64,000 bases of DNA from Schmidtea polychroa (taxonomy: Eukaryota). The notes under the pieces were generated by a model. It made no database searches. It was not told the DNA's origin and worked only from the letters and a program-made list of their open reading frames with translations. Location: the NCBI GenBank assembly GCA_044892525.1, contig CM097887.1, forward strand, positions 87,894,397 through 87,958,396, written 5' to 3'. Below are positions 22,751 to 34,463 of this stretch, one piece after another (the first letter of the stretch is position 1; each line of letters starts with the position of its first letter). A program made the translations under genes and the position numbers.

Positions 22751-24613
22751 TTCGAGTAAATGTTTCTCATGGAAGTTAATAGTAATAATGTTTATTATCA
22801 CAATTTTAATAAAATTTTAATGTTCTCTCCATTTGGTCTCATATTTTAATAATCAAGTATTTTCAATAATGAAATTTAAAACCTTTTATGATAGATAACT
22901 ATGCATGATGATTTCGATTTTTATGGAATTTATATGAAAATTATGGTTGAGTAACGTGGAGTTGAGGAGACCTGTACCATGGTGTGAGGAGCCTTCGGGA
23001 GCTCAGCCGGTGGGTACAGACTTCTTCAATCACGCAGCTGACGTGGGCCGGAAAGTGGGGGCTTCCTCACGGGTCCATCGCTGAGGGAATTAAAATGTTG
23101 CAAGAATTAGCTGACAATAACATAGAATACCATTCGGATTGGAAGATGAGGACGATCTTAAAAACCATGACTGAGGTGGCTACAAACGTTTATTTTTCAA
23201 AACCCATCATTCTTAGCTGTTACATCTTGAATTCTTTACCTAATACCCGTAATCAGTCTGAATCGCCTAAGTGTGCCAATCGACATTCCATCTTCTGAGT
23301 ACCAAACCCATTTCTGTTGAAATGCACGTCAATTTCCGTCTGACCTGTAGAAACTGAGTACCAACCCATTCGTCGACGCTATACAATCACATGAGAAGTA
23401 TAGATGAAATTTATGGAGCACAATAAGAAAATGTATTACGAAACTGTTTTATTTTTAATCAAATTATTTCGAAGTGTTCTGAAAATTACACTCACAGTAG
23501 GATAAACTCCCTTCAGTAAAGGACACCTCCGATTGACCTTGTCAAATTGCAGATTTTTCGAATAAGTCGAAGGAAATGTCCACGAAATAAAGTTATCCAA
23601 GTAGAAAACACAATTAACTGCACATCGCGGGGAACAAATCCAACATTAGCGTTTGATGAGAGAGCAACCTAGATGACATATTGATTCCACGAATTGATTC
23701 GACCCAGTGGTGTATTGCGATCATCTGCGAACGATAATTCCGATAATGACCAAACATACGAGATAAATCACACGCACTAACACACTAGTACTTACTCACA
23801 TATGCGACCTGCAGTATTTTCCCAGTCAGCTACAAGTATTGAGAACCGAAATTAAAACACGCACAGACAACAGGGCTGGCTCGGATAGATAGCAGGCCGC
23901 CTGTCTCATGCTTCCATTATCTGGCATGACGAACTATTTTTCATGAGATTAATCTTATTACAGGCGTTTCCCGACATATAGCTAATTTCATCGTAGATTA
24001 AAATTTTGACTTGCAGAATGGTAATTCCGAACATTAATAATAGATAACGGCCAGGTGATTGGTGCATATTCCAAACAATTTGGTATTAAACGGGGACCCA
24101 GCAGCTATTGAGTGGAGATTAATTTTACCTGCGCATCCGCTTGCCGAGGTGGGAATTCTGAGTTATGTCCTGGGGGAATAATGCGTTGGTTAAGGGGGAA
24201 ATCGGAAGGCGTTAACAGTAAAATTTTGTTTTCTGCGTTTGGTCTATTTCCAAAGATATTATTAGAAGGAATTATTAGTTATCGGCTCAATTTCGTTGTC
24301 CATTTTGTGTACAAGGAGGTTGGGCATCCCCGCATCTAATTAATTACGAATTTGTTTTTGTTGTTTTTCCATTACACCAAGGGAAAGGGGGTCACGGCTT
24401 ACAACTCGACCGGTAGATGACATTCGAATTTAATAATAATAACTCAGAGATTTTCTTCACCCGTTAGCATAAATCCCTTCCTCTTAATATATTAGGACCA
24501 CATCAAAATTAATGTATAGCTTGTAGGAAAATTCATAGATGATTAGGCCACCAGGCTGGTTTAATAGACATAGCGAATCTTGTATTTTACCCTTATTGTT
24601 TCTTTCATTATAG

Positions 24614-25372
24614 CCATTGAGAATGTTACCAAGCTCGAAGTCGTCTCTCAAACCCTGCTTCTCATGCTCAGATAAGAATTCTATAATCAGAGATTTGCAA
24701 GCCCAGATCGGTCGATACAAGAAAGCGATCGACCATCTGGAAGGTACATGGTTCAGCCCAGTACAAATGAAGGAGGTACAAAAGAAATTGTACCGAAGCG
24801 AGCACTGTCGCGACGCCTTAATAAGCGAGAGTAGGGCCCAACGCAGTCTTATCAAAGAGCAGTCCGAGGCTCTACACGAGGTCTACGTACAAGCGGCAGC
24901 AACTAGAAAGATAGTGAGTATACCTATCAATGGAGCGGACGACCTTTTCCCCGTCCATCATGAACTTCCTTCCAATTCGTCATCTTCGGCTAAGAAGCCC
25001 TGCCGGGAATGCGTGGAAGCCGATCTCTCTCCCCGGTCAACCATAGTGTCTCCCATTGGAGCCCAGAAAGGGATATCATCGACCGCGTCTTCCTCTGTCG
25101 TACTATCAAACACCCTGATTGTTCCAAAACCCAAGCGTCGACAGTTGTCCAGAGCTGAGCGTAAAAAGCGTCAGCGCGAACGAGCAATCGCCAAACAAAG
25201 TGGACTATCTGCCGAGCTCTCCAGTACTTCGAACGATCCCCCTGTAACGATCGATTTAACCGTAGGGATCCCAGGGCGAATCATCTCCGCCGCTGGTGTA
25301 ACTTGGGAGGAGAATGCCTCCGAATTCTTCGAGCTGGAGGAGCTGTTAGCCGACGCAGAATGGGAAAAGTAA
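24614..25372 (+). CDS. Repeat-family ORF-b (copy B), about 250 aa, intact
   Basis: Acceptor ttcattatAG at 24612-24613. LEGTWFSP motif, coiled coil and Arg-rich KRRQLSRAERKKRQRER. AATAAA near 25510. Confidence 0.6.
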   Translation, partial: PLRMLPSSKSSLKPCFSCSDKNSIIRDLQAQIGRYKKAIDHLEGTWFSPVQMKEVQKKLYRSEHCRDALISESRAQRSLIKEQSEALHEVYVQAAATRKIVSIPINGADDLFPVHHELPSNSSSSAKKPCRECVEADLSPRSTIVSPIGAQKGISSTASSSVVLSNTLIVPKPKRRQLSRAERKKRQRERAIAKQSGLSAELSSTSNDPPVTIDLTVGIPGRIISAAGVTWEENASEFFELEELLADAEWEK

Positions 25373-26269
25373 AGATCTCAATCCAATGCAACTACATCGA
25401 TCATGTTTAGTAAATTGAACGATTCTGACTTATATGTTCTCGTAAACCGTCTTCCCTTGATTTATATTAGTCCTGTAGTTTTAACTGTATAGCGTACTAT
25501 GATAGTAGAATAAAGAAATTTTCGTCATTTCTTATTGTTAGTTTTTGTTTGATTAGCCATTATAAAGGTTCAGAGTAGTTTTTACAACCCAAGCGCAAAC
25601 TTTAGTTCGAAAAGCATTAGACAATCTGTATATAACTCGGTGTCAGGTAGGGAAGGAAATGGTGGAGTGATCAGACGTAAGCCCTTCCATCGGCAGTCAG
25701 AAAAAGGAAGTCGATGCCTCAGTAAGGAGTAGTCCTAAGGTAGGGGCTCACCTGCTTACTGGTGTCTCGCCGGCATAGCACATTTCCAACGTGGAGCAAT
25801 TCACGGGTGCTATGTTGGAGTACAAGTTGTGCGGGGTCTTGCTCCGGATTGACGTAAGCACACTTAGCGTAAATGAATGGACACTCATCTCCTAGACAGG
25901 TGCGTAAATGAGTTAAGGTCAATCAAGCACTACCCCAGCAGAAGAAACAACTGATTTAGATTTCCATTAATAACTGAGGTTTGATGACAAACAGGTATAG
26001 TGTAAAACTGAGCTTAGGTATGATGACACTTATGATAGACTTACGTATAATTTTAGAAGAACAGCATTTGCACGCACTACGCCTGGAGCTACAACAATTA
26101 CGAACGGTAAGGCTGCTTCAATGTGGATGCGGGGAAAGAAACGCCCAGGATACGGCATGTCAATAGAACTTTTTGCAGAATGTTGTGATTTAAAATTAAA
26201 TCTTAGTACAATTGTTTTTATGATTTCCTAATCATTATAAAGAAAACAATTAATAAACATGGGGCCTAA

Positions 26270-26420
26270 AGCTAAGTCGAACGTATGCCTACTAACGGGT
26301 GTCTAGAAATACACACAAGTGTTTGTCGACTATAGTGTACAAAGGTACACTCACTTTTCGCAAGTACTCACTGAAAACAGCAAGAAAGGGTAAAATGTGG
26401 ATTTCCTCTAACCCACTGTT
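26270..26420 (+). repeat. Structured terminal motif, copy B (partly deleted)
   Basis: ctgaaaacagcaagaaagggtaaaatgtgg...taacccac is nearly identical to the reverse complement of 46425-46470. Confidence 0.65.
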
Positions 26421-27072
26421 AACAAAAATCTGTAATTAAAAAATATAAAAGATATCTAATAAAAAATAAAAAATAAAAAAACGCAAGTTACAGATTGAAA
26501 CACTTTAATGCAAAGAAAAATATAAGAATAACAAAAATGAAATCATTGTAAAGAAACTTGTTAAAATCATGGCAATCAGCCAATAATAATGTAGGAATCC
26601 TGCTATAACTTGATTGGCACAGCGAATAGCAAGAATTACACTACTTATTAGAGCTGCACTGACAGCAGAGAAACATCAACTCAACACAACAAAACAACGA
26701 ACACTAAATTATTGCTAATTTTATTTATTCATCTGTTAATAATTAATTGTTTATGCACATTTGAATTCAAATAAGAGATTGTTAGATTGTTTTTAGTTCT
26801 ATTTGTAGTTAACTTAGTAATTTTAGCGTAATTATTATTGTTACATTTGTTTCGTGAATCGGTATATAAAATAAAATTGTAATTATCACGTTTTTCTTTT
26901 ATTATTTATTATGTATAATTGTAACTTGAAAGGAATATTTTTGAAACAGCTCAAACCTATTTGGAAATCAGTTGGATCGAAAGAAAAACCGGAGAAAGCC
27001 TAAAGCGGAAGTGTATCTTAACACAATTAAAAGATATTGCCCATCGGTAGACTGGCCGAGTAGTGTTCAGTG

Positions 27073-27380
27073 CAACGTTCCCTCTAAGCTGCGCACGCAG
27101 CACCTCCAACTCCCCAGCGCAGCAAAATTATTTTCAGCGCTGTATATTTATTATAAAACATTACGAATTTTTGATACTCAATATTATTATGTGGTTCATT
27201 TTGAATATTTAAAAATTTTCAATGTTAATAACCAGATGCATAATAACGGTCTATTTCTGTAGTGTCGTTTTAAAACTCTTACAACCACGCTATAGCATTT
27301 TGACACTCATTTGTATTTAAAGGCTGCTCAGCGCAGCTGACTTTGCGCGCACTGCTGCTTATGGCTTAGAGGGAACATTG
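27073..27380. mobile_element. hAT-type MITE, 308 bp
   Basis: TIRs CAACGTTCCCTCTAAGC / CAATGTTCCCTCTAAGC (16/17). Perfect 8-bp TSD GTTCAGTG at 27065-27072 and 27381-27388. Confidence 0.9.
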
Positions 27381-27699
27381 GTTCAGTGGTGTAAGTATGC
27401 GAACTATGAGTCATGCTACACTCTGGCTGGCAGGTTGGGTCTTCATTTTGAGCACAATATGGTTCAATAAAGAACACTCCGGGTAGAAAACTGGAATGAT
27501 CTAAGTGTCGTCATGCGGAGGAAACCACTCGGTAACCCATTCACAACTACTATGCCACGACTGTGACGATGGTTATGTGATTAAGCTGAAGATAAAATGA
27601 AAAGCGCAAAACTTCTCAAGACTGTCTCGGGACGTTTAAGTGATAGAATTGATATAGGATTTTCAGTGGGCAATATCAAGATATTCGTGTAACGAAGTT

Positions 27700-28330
27700 A
27701 AATTGATATTCTGATATCTCATTTTCCGCCACAAGTGAACTCCTGAAATACAACAATAACAATCACAAATTTTAATGCGATATTCATGAAATTTCATCAG
27801 TTGCAGATATGTGCCAGTTCAAATAAAAATCCGAATAACACCAGTTAAAAGATCCCAGTGAATCCAATTAGACCTGTCATAAGTCACTCTGTGATGGAAT
27901 TAACGATCCAAGAATTGGATATCATGTGATACCACAATAAGGAATTCTAGTACCTGAGAATATAGCAAATTGAACTCCATGCAGAACGATTTTTATCGTG
28001 TCATATTGCTAAAGGCCATCTTAACCGTAAAACTAATGAAGTGGTTATCATTATGAGAATATTCAGTTACTAAAATGATAGAGCATGAATGGTCAGAATG
28101 AGGTAGGCTTTTACTTAACGCAAATAGTATCCTTGTTTGGGAGCCAGTAAATCGGAGCATTGTAAAATAAGTGACGGTATATTATCACCACTCTAATCAC
28201 GCATTTCCGAGATCATATAGTTTCTGATAGACTAATTTTAGAAGACACCGATGCCATAAATCTTTCCCAGCACATTAGTGCAACCCAGTTGTCATTTTCA
28301 ATGAAGTATTATCAGACATCAACGACAGAA
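27700..28330 (-). pseudogene. Probable rhodopsin-type GPCR pseudogene fragment
   Basis: Minus strand NWVALMCWERFMAS..RKCVIRVVII..FYNAPIYW (TM3 ERF and TM4-like) and ELAHICN**NFMNIALKFVIVIVVFQEF (TM7-like). Many stops. Confidence 0.35.
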
Positions 28331-28840
28331 AAGACAGTAGAATCAACTTTCTTAAACACCTAAGCAAACAGTTATTTCAATTAATATAGATAATTTTTAT
28401 GTATTTGGTTATTTACTGATAGTTCTACAATACAATCATCATTAGGCCCTCCGATATATTTAAATTTTAGCCGCTACTATTTGCATATTATAAGGAATCA
28501 ACACTACTAATATTCACTAAAAAGTTCTAATTTTCCAATATAGTAATTCGTTATAATGATGAAGATAATTTGGTGTTTTAGAAAAGTTAAATATTTACGG
28601 GACTAACTACATTTTTTTATTCAGCTTGATCTAAGATTATAGAAAATTATTTATCATCAGTATTACTGAATTAGCATTACTGAATTCCAATAATTTAAGC
28701 GCGTGGTTATTTCTTAGTATGAGTTTTCTTAAAACCTAATCCGGTAAGGGTAGGTGATTTTTCTAACAACTATTTCTACACATTAGTTGCTGTCTAAATA
28801 ATTGCATATTTAATTTTTATTATATTATGGTCATTTTTTG

Positions 28841-28868
28841 CGTGACGCAATTATGCATTGACCCCTTA
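28841..28868. mobile_element. Solo TIR of a GGGG-starting, TWA-flanked DNA transposon (PIF/Harbinger-like)
   Basis: Its reverse complement matches 57512-57536 at 23/25 positions; both are flanked by TAA/TTA. Confidence 0.5.
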
Positions 28869-29633
28869 CCACTATTATTCCCATATAATATTTAAATCAA
28901 ATGTACTGTAATATAATAATTCCATCAATACATTAAAATCTATTATTTTCCCTTTGATAGTGATTTATTTATTTTTTTGAACTAAAGATGTAGAAATTAA
29001 TCATTTTGAAATACATCATTAAGTATTAACGAGTGTTGGGTAAGGTATATTGAAAATGTTTAGCCCAATCAGAATTTTTGCGTAATCTCTTGACATCTTC
29101 TAATTTCACGTTAAATTTATTGGGAGGGAACTATTTTAAATTAATAGCTTTAATAAATAATAAACAAATACGCATATACATACACACATGTGCGCATACA
29201 CATATACATATATAATATTTTCAAGAATTAATGTATGGTAAAAGGAAATTTATGAGAAAATCAAAGCATTTAATAAATTATAATTCCAAATACTGATAAA
29301 AACGATATCTTCACTATTTTAAAAAAATAACATTTTCATTATTTTCCATACAAAAACTGTTTTCTTAACGCTGTGTATTTACAATAAAAACATCACATAA
29401 ACTGTTCTACATAAAACACTTGTATCAATAGTAGTCACAACGGGGATTGTTGTGGAAATAGAAGAAAATCTGTGAATATTTTGAAGTAAATATGCAATGA
29501 AATTAAATTATAAGGGATGCATATGATCAAGCGCAAATCGAAACCAAACGAGAAATTGCATAGAAGGAAGTGATGTCGATGTGGATGCATGATGATGATG
29601 ATTATGATTCATAAAATTAATAATTAATTAATT

Positions 29634-29636
<3 letters not shown>

Positions 29637-29676
<40 letters not shown>
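29637..29676 (+). repeat. (AAT)n microsatellite
   Basis: Direct observation. Confidence 0.9.
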
Positions 29677-30439
29677 TTAATAAAAATAATATTAATAATA
29701 TTAATATTTGAAGATATTTTTTTTTGAATTCCCCGATTTGGCAATGAAATTTGTCAGATTGTCTTCAATTGTAAATTGAATTAAATCCGTTAAGAGATTT
29801 ATACAAATCGGTTTAATGAGAAATGAAGTTATCCCGACAACCGTGAATTTCCCTTTAATTATCCAGAGATGTCTCTGAGACACTTGAAAGTTATTTAATT
29901 TATTTTCTTTTATTAACACTCTCATTGCCACAGAAAAAACAGACCTTTTTGACATGTTATTGTCAGACACATTGACTTGACAAGTTTATTTAAAAAGTCT
30001 GTCAGACAAATCGACCTGACACAAAGTGTGTTAAAAAATGCGTTGTCAGACAAAAATCTGAAATTATTAATGTATTTTCAATATAAACTTGACAGACTGT
30101 GGATCTAAGAAATAATTTCAAATATTTTTCGTGGTCCTAACTTTCTGCATTACAAATATATGGAACTTTTAAAAAAACTTTTTTAAAAAAATTAACAAAA
30201 ATATATTTCTGTGAAGATAAAAACTTAAAAATTATACATATTTAGTTCATTTATAACTATAATTTAAAAAAAACAGAAACATCTTTATTCTATAAAATTA
30301 ATTTTTAGGCATTTGCATTTTTGATTGATGGTCGGCGAAGCAATCAGACCACATTGTAGGTTGACCAACACATTTCTCACAACTTCATTAGTTATTATGA
30401 GTTATTAATCTTTCGCTTGGGCCAGAGATGACTGCAAAC

Positions 30440-30620
30440 CACTCTGATTTCGACTGTGTGTTTTTTAAATTCAGCTCTATTTTCATTGACTTTTTAATCA
30501 ATTCATCAAAGTCATTAAAATCGACATAATACAGAGCCTTTTAATTTTTTCTTTACTTCCGCCAAAAACTGGTCCTGTAATAACTCTTTTACTTGCCCCT
30601 GTGATGGGATTCATCTTTTT
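30440..30620 (-). mobile_element. Ty3/gypsy gag relic
   Basis: Minus strand VKELLQDQFLAEVKKK (frameshift) ALYYVDFNDFDELIKKSMKIE, matching gag L.DQFL.G....K / F.E.V..A..IE. Confidence 0.5.
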
Positions 30621-30725
30621 CTGACGGCCATCCACTAAATTGCAGCACCAATGTCCTTATCGGCGGTCATTTAACGGTCTATTAAATAGTTACGGAGGGA
30701 AACGGGTGGAATCGAAAGTATTGAC

Positions 30726-31343
30726 GGGTTAAGTTGAAAATAGGCACGAAGTGCTTTCTACTTGTAACCCACCCTTTCCATTTACATTGACGAATGTTAA
30801 TGACTTGTTATATTCGATGAATCTGTTTGTATATTGACGACGCGGTGAAAATGGTTACTGTTTGAATGGATTGTGATAAGTTATGTTTCCGGTTATGACA
30901 ATGAGTAAATAAGTGTGTGTAGTATATCGAGGATAGAGGTTTGTGGAACCACAATGACTTCATTTAGTTAGTGACAGGACATTCGAAATGGTTGAGAATT
31001 ATCACATGCAAGTGTTTTTGATGAGTCCAAATTAATAGAAATACGGAAAGAAATGAACTAAGTCAGAGACGAACTAAGTCACAGACCTTGTTTAGTCTTT
31101 CGCGAGTCCATGATCTGAGTAATCAGATTTTGAGATTATCAAACTCACGTGATAATCTTATTACCGAAAATCGTACATGGCGATTGTTGATAAATGAACA
31201 AAGACGAGTGCTGATTAAGGCCTAAACCAATCCATAGCTGTAACGACAAGTATACAAATAGCGAAAGCCTAGCGTGTATGAGTCCTTCGGTATCATGGTT
31301 TAGCAACAAGAACCCCTAATGGTAGATCGAATATAAAATTACA
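30726..31343. mobile_element. Compact terminal motif (copy E) plus putative LTR of about 580 bp
   Basis: GGGTTA-agttgaaaatagg-CACGAA..tctact-TGTAACCCACC parallels copies C and D. TGTAAC (30763) to ATTACA (31343) gives TG..CA ends. Confidence 0.45.
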
Positions 31344-33039
31344 AGGAGTTAGATTAAAATTCCATGGCATCTGTATTTTTTATTACATTTTACTTCGAAC
31401 TGTCATCATATATAGCCTCATCTTTCAGGCAAATTTATACTTATTCTTTACGTATATATAAATAACTTTAATTAATCATTAGTACAGTTTTAGGTAACTC
31501 AAATTTTTACTAAATTCATCAACATTCACTTTGCACAACTCATTTGTAAAATATTTTAATTTATTTTAAATAAATTTTTATTTTTTCAGCATAATTAATA
31601 AATTTTATCAGTTGCGTATCGATTAAAATTTTACATCTATTTTTATAATTAAGTTTTATTTTTCATTAATAACATTCATATTTTAAATTTATTTAAAGAT
31701 CTTTTAATACGATCATAAGCTCCATAACATGTTATATAATAACCAAAATTACTTACAGCAATAACAGGAAATAAAATCTAAATGTTTTTATAAGATAATT
31801 TAATGAATAAAATTACATTTAAGATTAAAAGTTTAAGAGATTCGCGGATACTGAAACCATTGAAGCGTAATAAATTAAAAGCTCTGAATGCGAAATATGC
31901 GAAGTAGTTAGATTTTATTAATTTTGCAAGTTTAGTCGAAAAAAACGGATTTAGAACTTGATAGTAAAAAGAAATGTATCAAAAAGCAGAGAAAATATAG
32001 AAAAAACATCTTTATTAAAGCCTATTCAAATTTGAGTAATGTCAAAATTAGTAATAGTTCAATTGAATTAATAAATTGCAATAATATGTTAATGGTGTGA
32101 TCAGTATTCGTATTAGTATCTTGGTATTTAATTAAAGAACACGATGAGCTGTTATTTTGATGTACGAACTAATCGCGACGAGATTAATTATTTCATTATA
32201 TTATCGCTATTCATCGCAAATCAGTGTAATTAATCTCGTTTTAATTTTTTATTTTTTATTATAAAATCATATTTTTTTTAAAAAGTGAAATAGTTTAATT
32301 AGAATTATGGAAAATTATTTTTAATATTATATATTTATTAAAAATTTAGAATAAAAATTTACTATTTTATCATCATCACCACCACCATTACCACTACTAT
32401 TATTATTTTATAAAAAGAATTCCTTTTTATTTGAAATTTAAGTGACATTGCTATAAAATGAACTTTAAATTTAGATATAAAATAAGTCAAACTTTTTCTT
32501 TTCTTTCTCTTAGTAATGCAAATAATCATTAACGAATTGGAATCAAGGATATTTTGATATCCTTCTTTTATTAGAATTTAATATGAGAAATTCAAAACTA
32601 GCTAAATTAGTCTTGTTGACTAATCAAGCAATTTTCATAAAAAATTATATTCAAAATAATAACATGCTTGCCCCAAATTTCTTGCATCATATTATAGGTG
32701 TCAACAAATAATAATTTCAGTGAATACTTTCCTTTTTTGATGGAAATAACATATTTGTTATGTCTCAACAAGAAAGGTACAAAAGAAGTGAAAAATCAAT
32801 AAAACACCAAATTCACAATAATAATTTAAAATACAAAAAAATTAATTTTATTTAATGAATATTTTCCTTGGAATCTGGTATGGACGGATGCTTAACAATG
32901 AGAAGAGTTCAAATATAGTAAAATAAAATCAATGGGGGTCCATAGAAGGAATTAATTACAAAAAAATTAAATTAATTAAAAAATTAATTAGCTAATGGAG
33001 AACCCGAGCTAATGGGAACCCCGAGCTAATGGAAAATCC

Positions 33040-34463
33040 GAGTGATGTGAGAGAACATGAATGGTCAATCAAATTAGTAGAGGCGATGAATAATTAAATT
33101 GGGGCAAGCTGTCAAAGGAGACGAGCAAATTCCTCAAAGTAATTAGAGCAACAAGTGGAAACCCGGGGGAATTGGATCAGAAATAATTTGACACAGTAAA
33201 ATGAACAGAAAAGTAAACAGAATTTTTAGTAGATCGAAGAAACGTAAACAAATAATTCAGCAAGAATGAACAAAGAAAACTTTGAACTTAGTGATAACAG
33301 AATATTTTCAAATCGAGCGTACCAGAAAGGGACATCTCCCGTTAGAAGATTAATCCCTGTGCAAGATTTACAAAGTGCAGAGCAAAAGAGTTTTATAAAT
33401 TGTGGTTGTGTCAATAAGAGTGTAATTGTATTAATCCGAATAAAGATTTGTGTTGGGTTGTTTAACTTACTTTCAAAAGACACCAAGGAGTAAGATCGTG
33501 ATACTAACTTGCATAAAATACCCAACAAATTCATCTGTGCTTGTTCAATATTTACCTGGGAATATAATCTAATTTGAGACAATATATTTAAAGATGTATA
33601 ATTTATGAAATATTCAAGTTTTGTTAATTCTAATTTTTCTGGAGTTTTTACTTACTTGCGACATGGAAAGGATATCTATGATTCTGGTGTTTATAATGGT
33701 GCTAATAATAGATTGCATTTTAATACTTTAAATTTTGCATCTTCGTCTAATAAGATTTGAGTTATTGTGCTTATAAATCTCAATTTCCTATTGACACTCA
33801 AAGGCAATTCATTTCAACATTGGCCGTATTTTATGATTAGAAGAGATCTCTTTACATTTATACAATTTATATTATACAATGCTTTACCAAAAACACTCTC
33901 GCAAAAACACCATTTTCCGATATTAATATAGGTGCTATTAGATTTGGATTTGCAATTTCCATAGACATTCTGTTTCAAAGTATTTCTTTGTTTAACTTGC
34001 AATTATTTAATATCATTTCTCTATATAATTACCATAATACTTTGGCTATAACGAAATAAATAATCTATTTTGTTATTAAAATAATTTATGAATTTCACAT
34101 CCGTACTAACTATTCGACCTTGATCTTCCCCAGCATTGTTTTTTGGCACATAAATTCCTTTATAATTGGTTTCATACACTGTTTGATCACATTTATTAAC
34201 ATTTTTTGGGATGAATTTCATTTCATCATCTAACAATATCGATATCTAGAGTTTTCCTCGTTATCAAAGGAGTAATTCTGATCGTTCGTCCACGATTTCG
34301 TATTAAATTTTTCAGGTTTTCCACTCAACTGCTCACCAACAATTTTATTAAAACTCATCGTCCGGTCAATATTTCGCTTCATAGTGTATATAATTTGATA
34401 TTTAGTTAAACAAGTTGGTAAACTAAGATAAGTAGGAATAATTGAATTTCTTCCGGGCTCCAA
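33040..34463 (-). pseudogene. Protein kinase pseudogene (weakly STE/MAP2K-like)
   Basis: Removing 1 nt gives the G-loop IGKGVFARVFLVKH. Then INVKR (subdomain II-like), YHDLTPWCLL (catalytic-loop-like), LLTGDVPFW (IX) and QIISDPIPRV..SNYFEEFARLL*..LIDH (XI). Multiple stops and frameshifts. Confidence 0.55.

Noticed and set aside
22984-23298. 104-aa ORF in module B
   Set aside because: GTG start, no motif, and no homologue in copies A or C.
29701-30070. ORF plus repeated GTCAGACA words, possible DNA transposon end
   Set aside because: No TIR partner, TSD or transposase motif identified.
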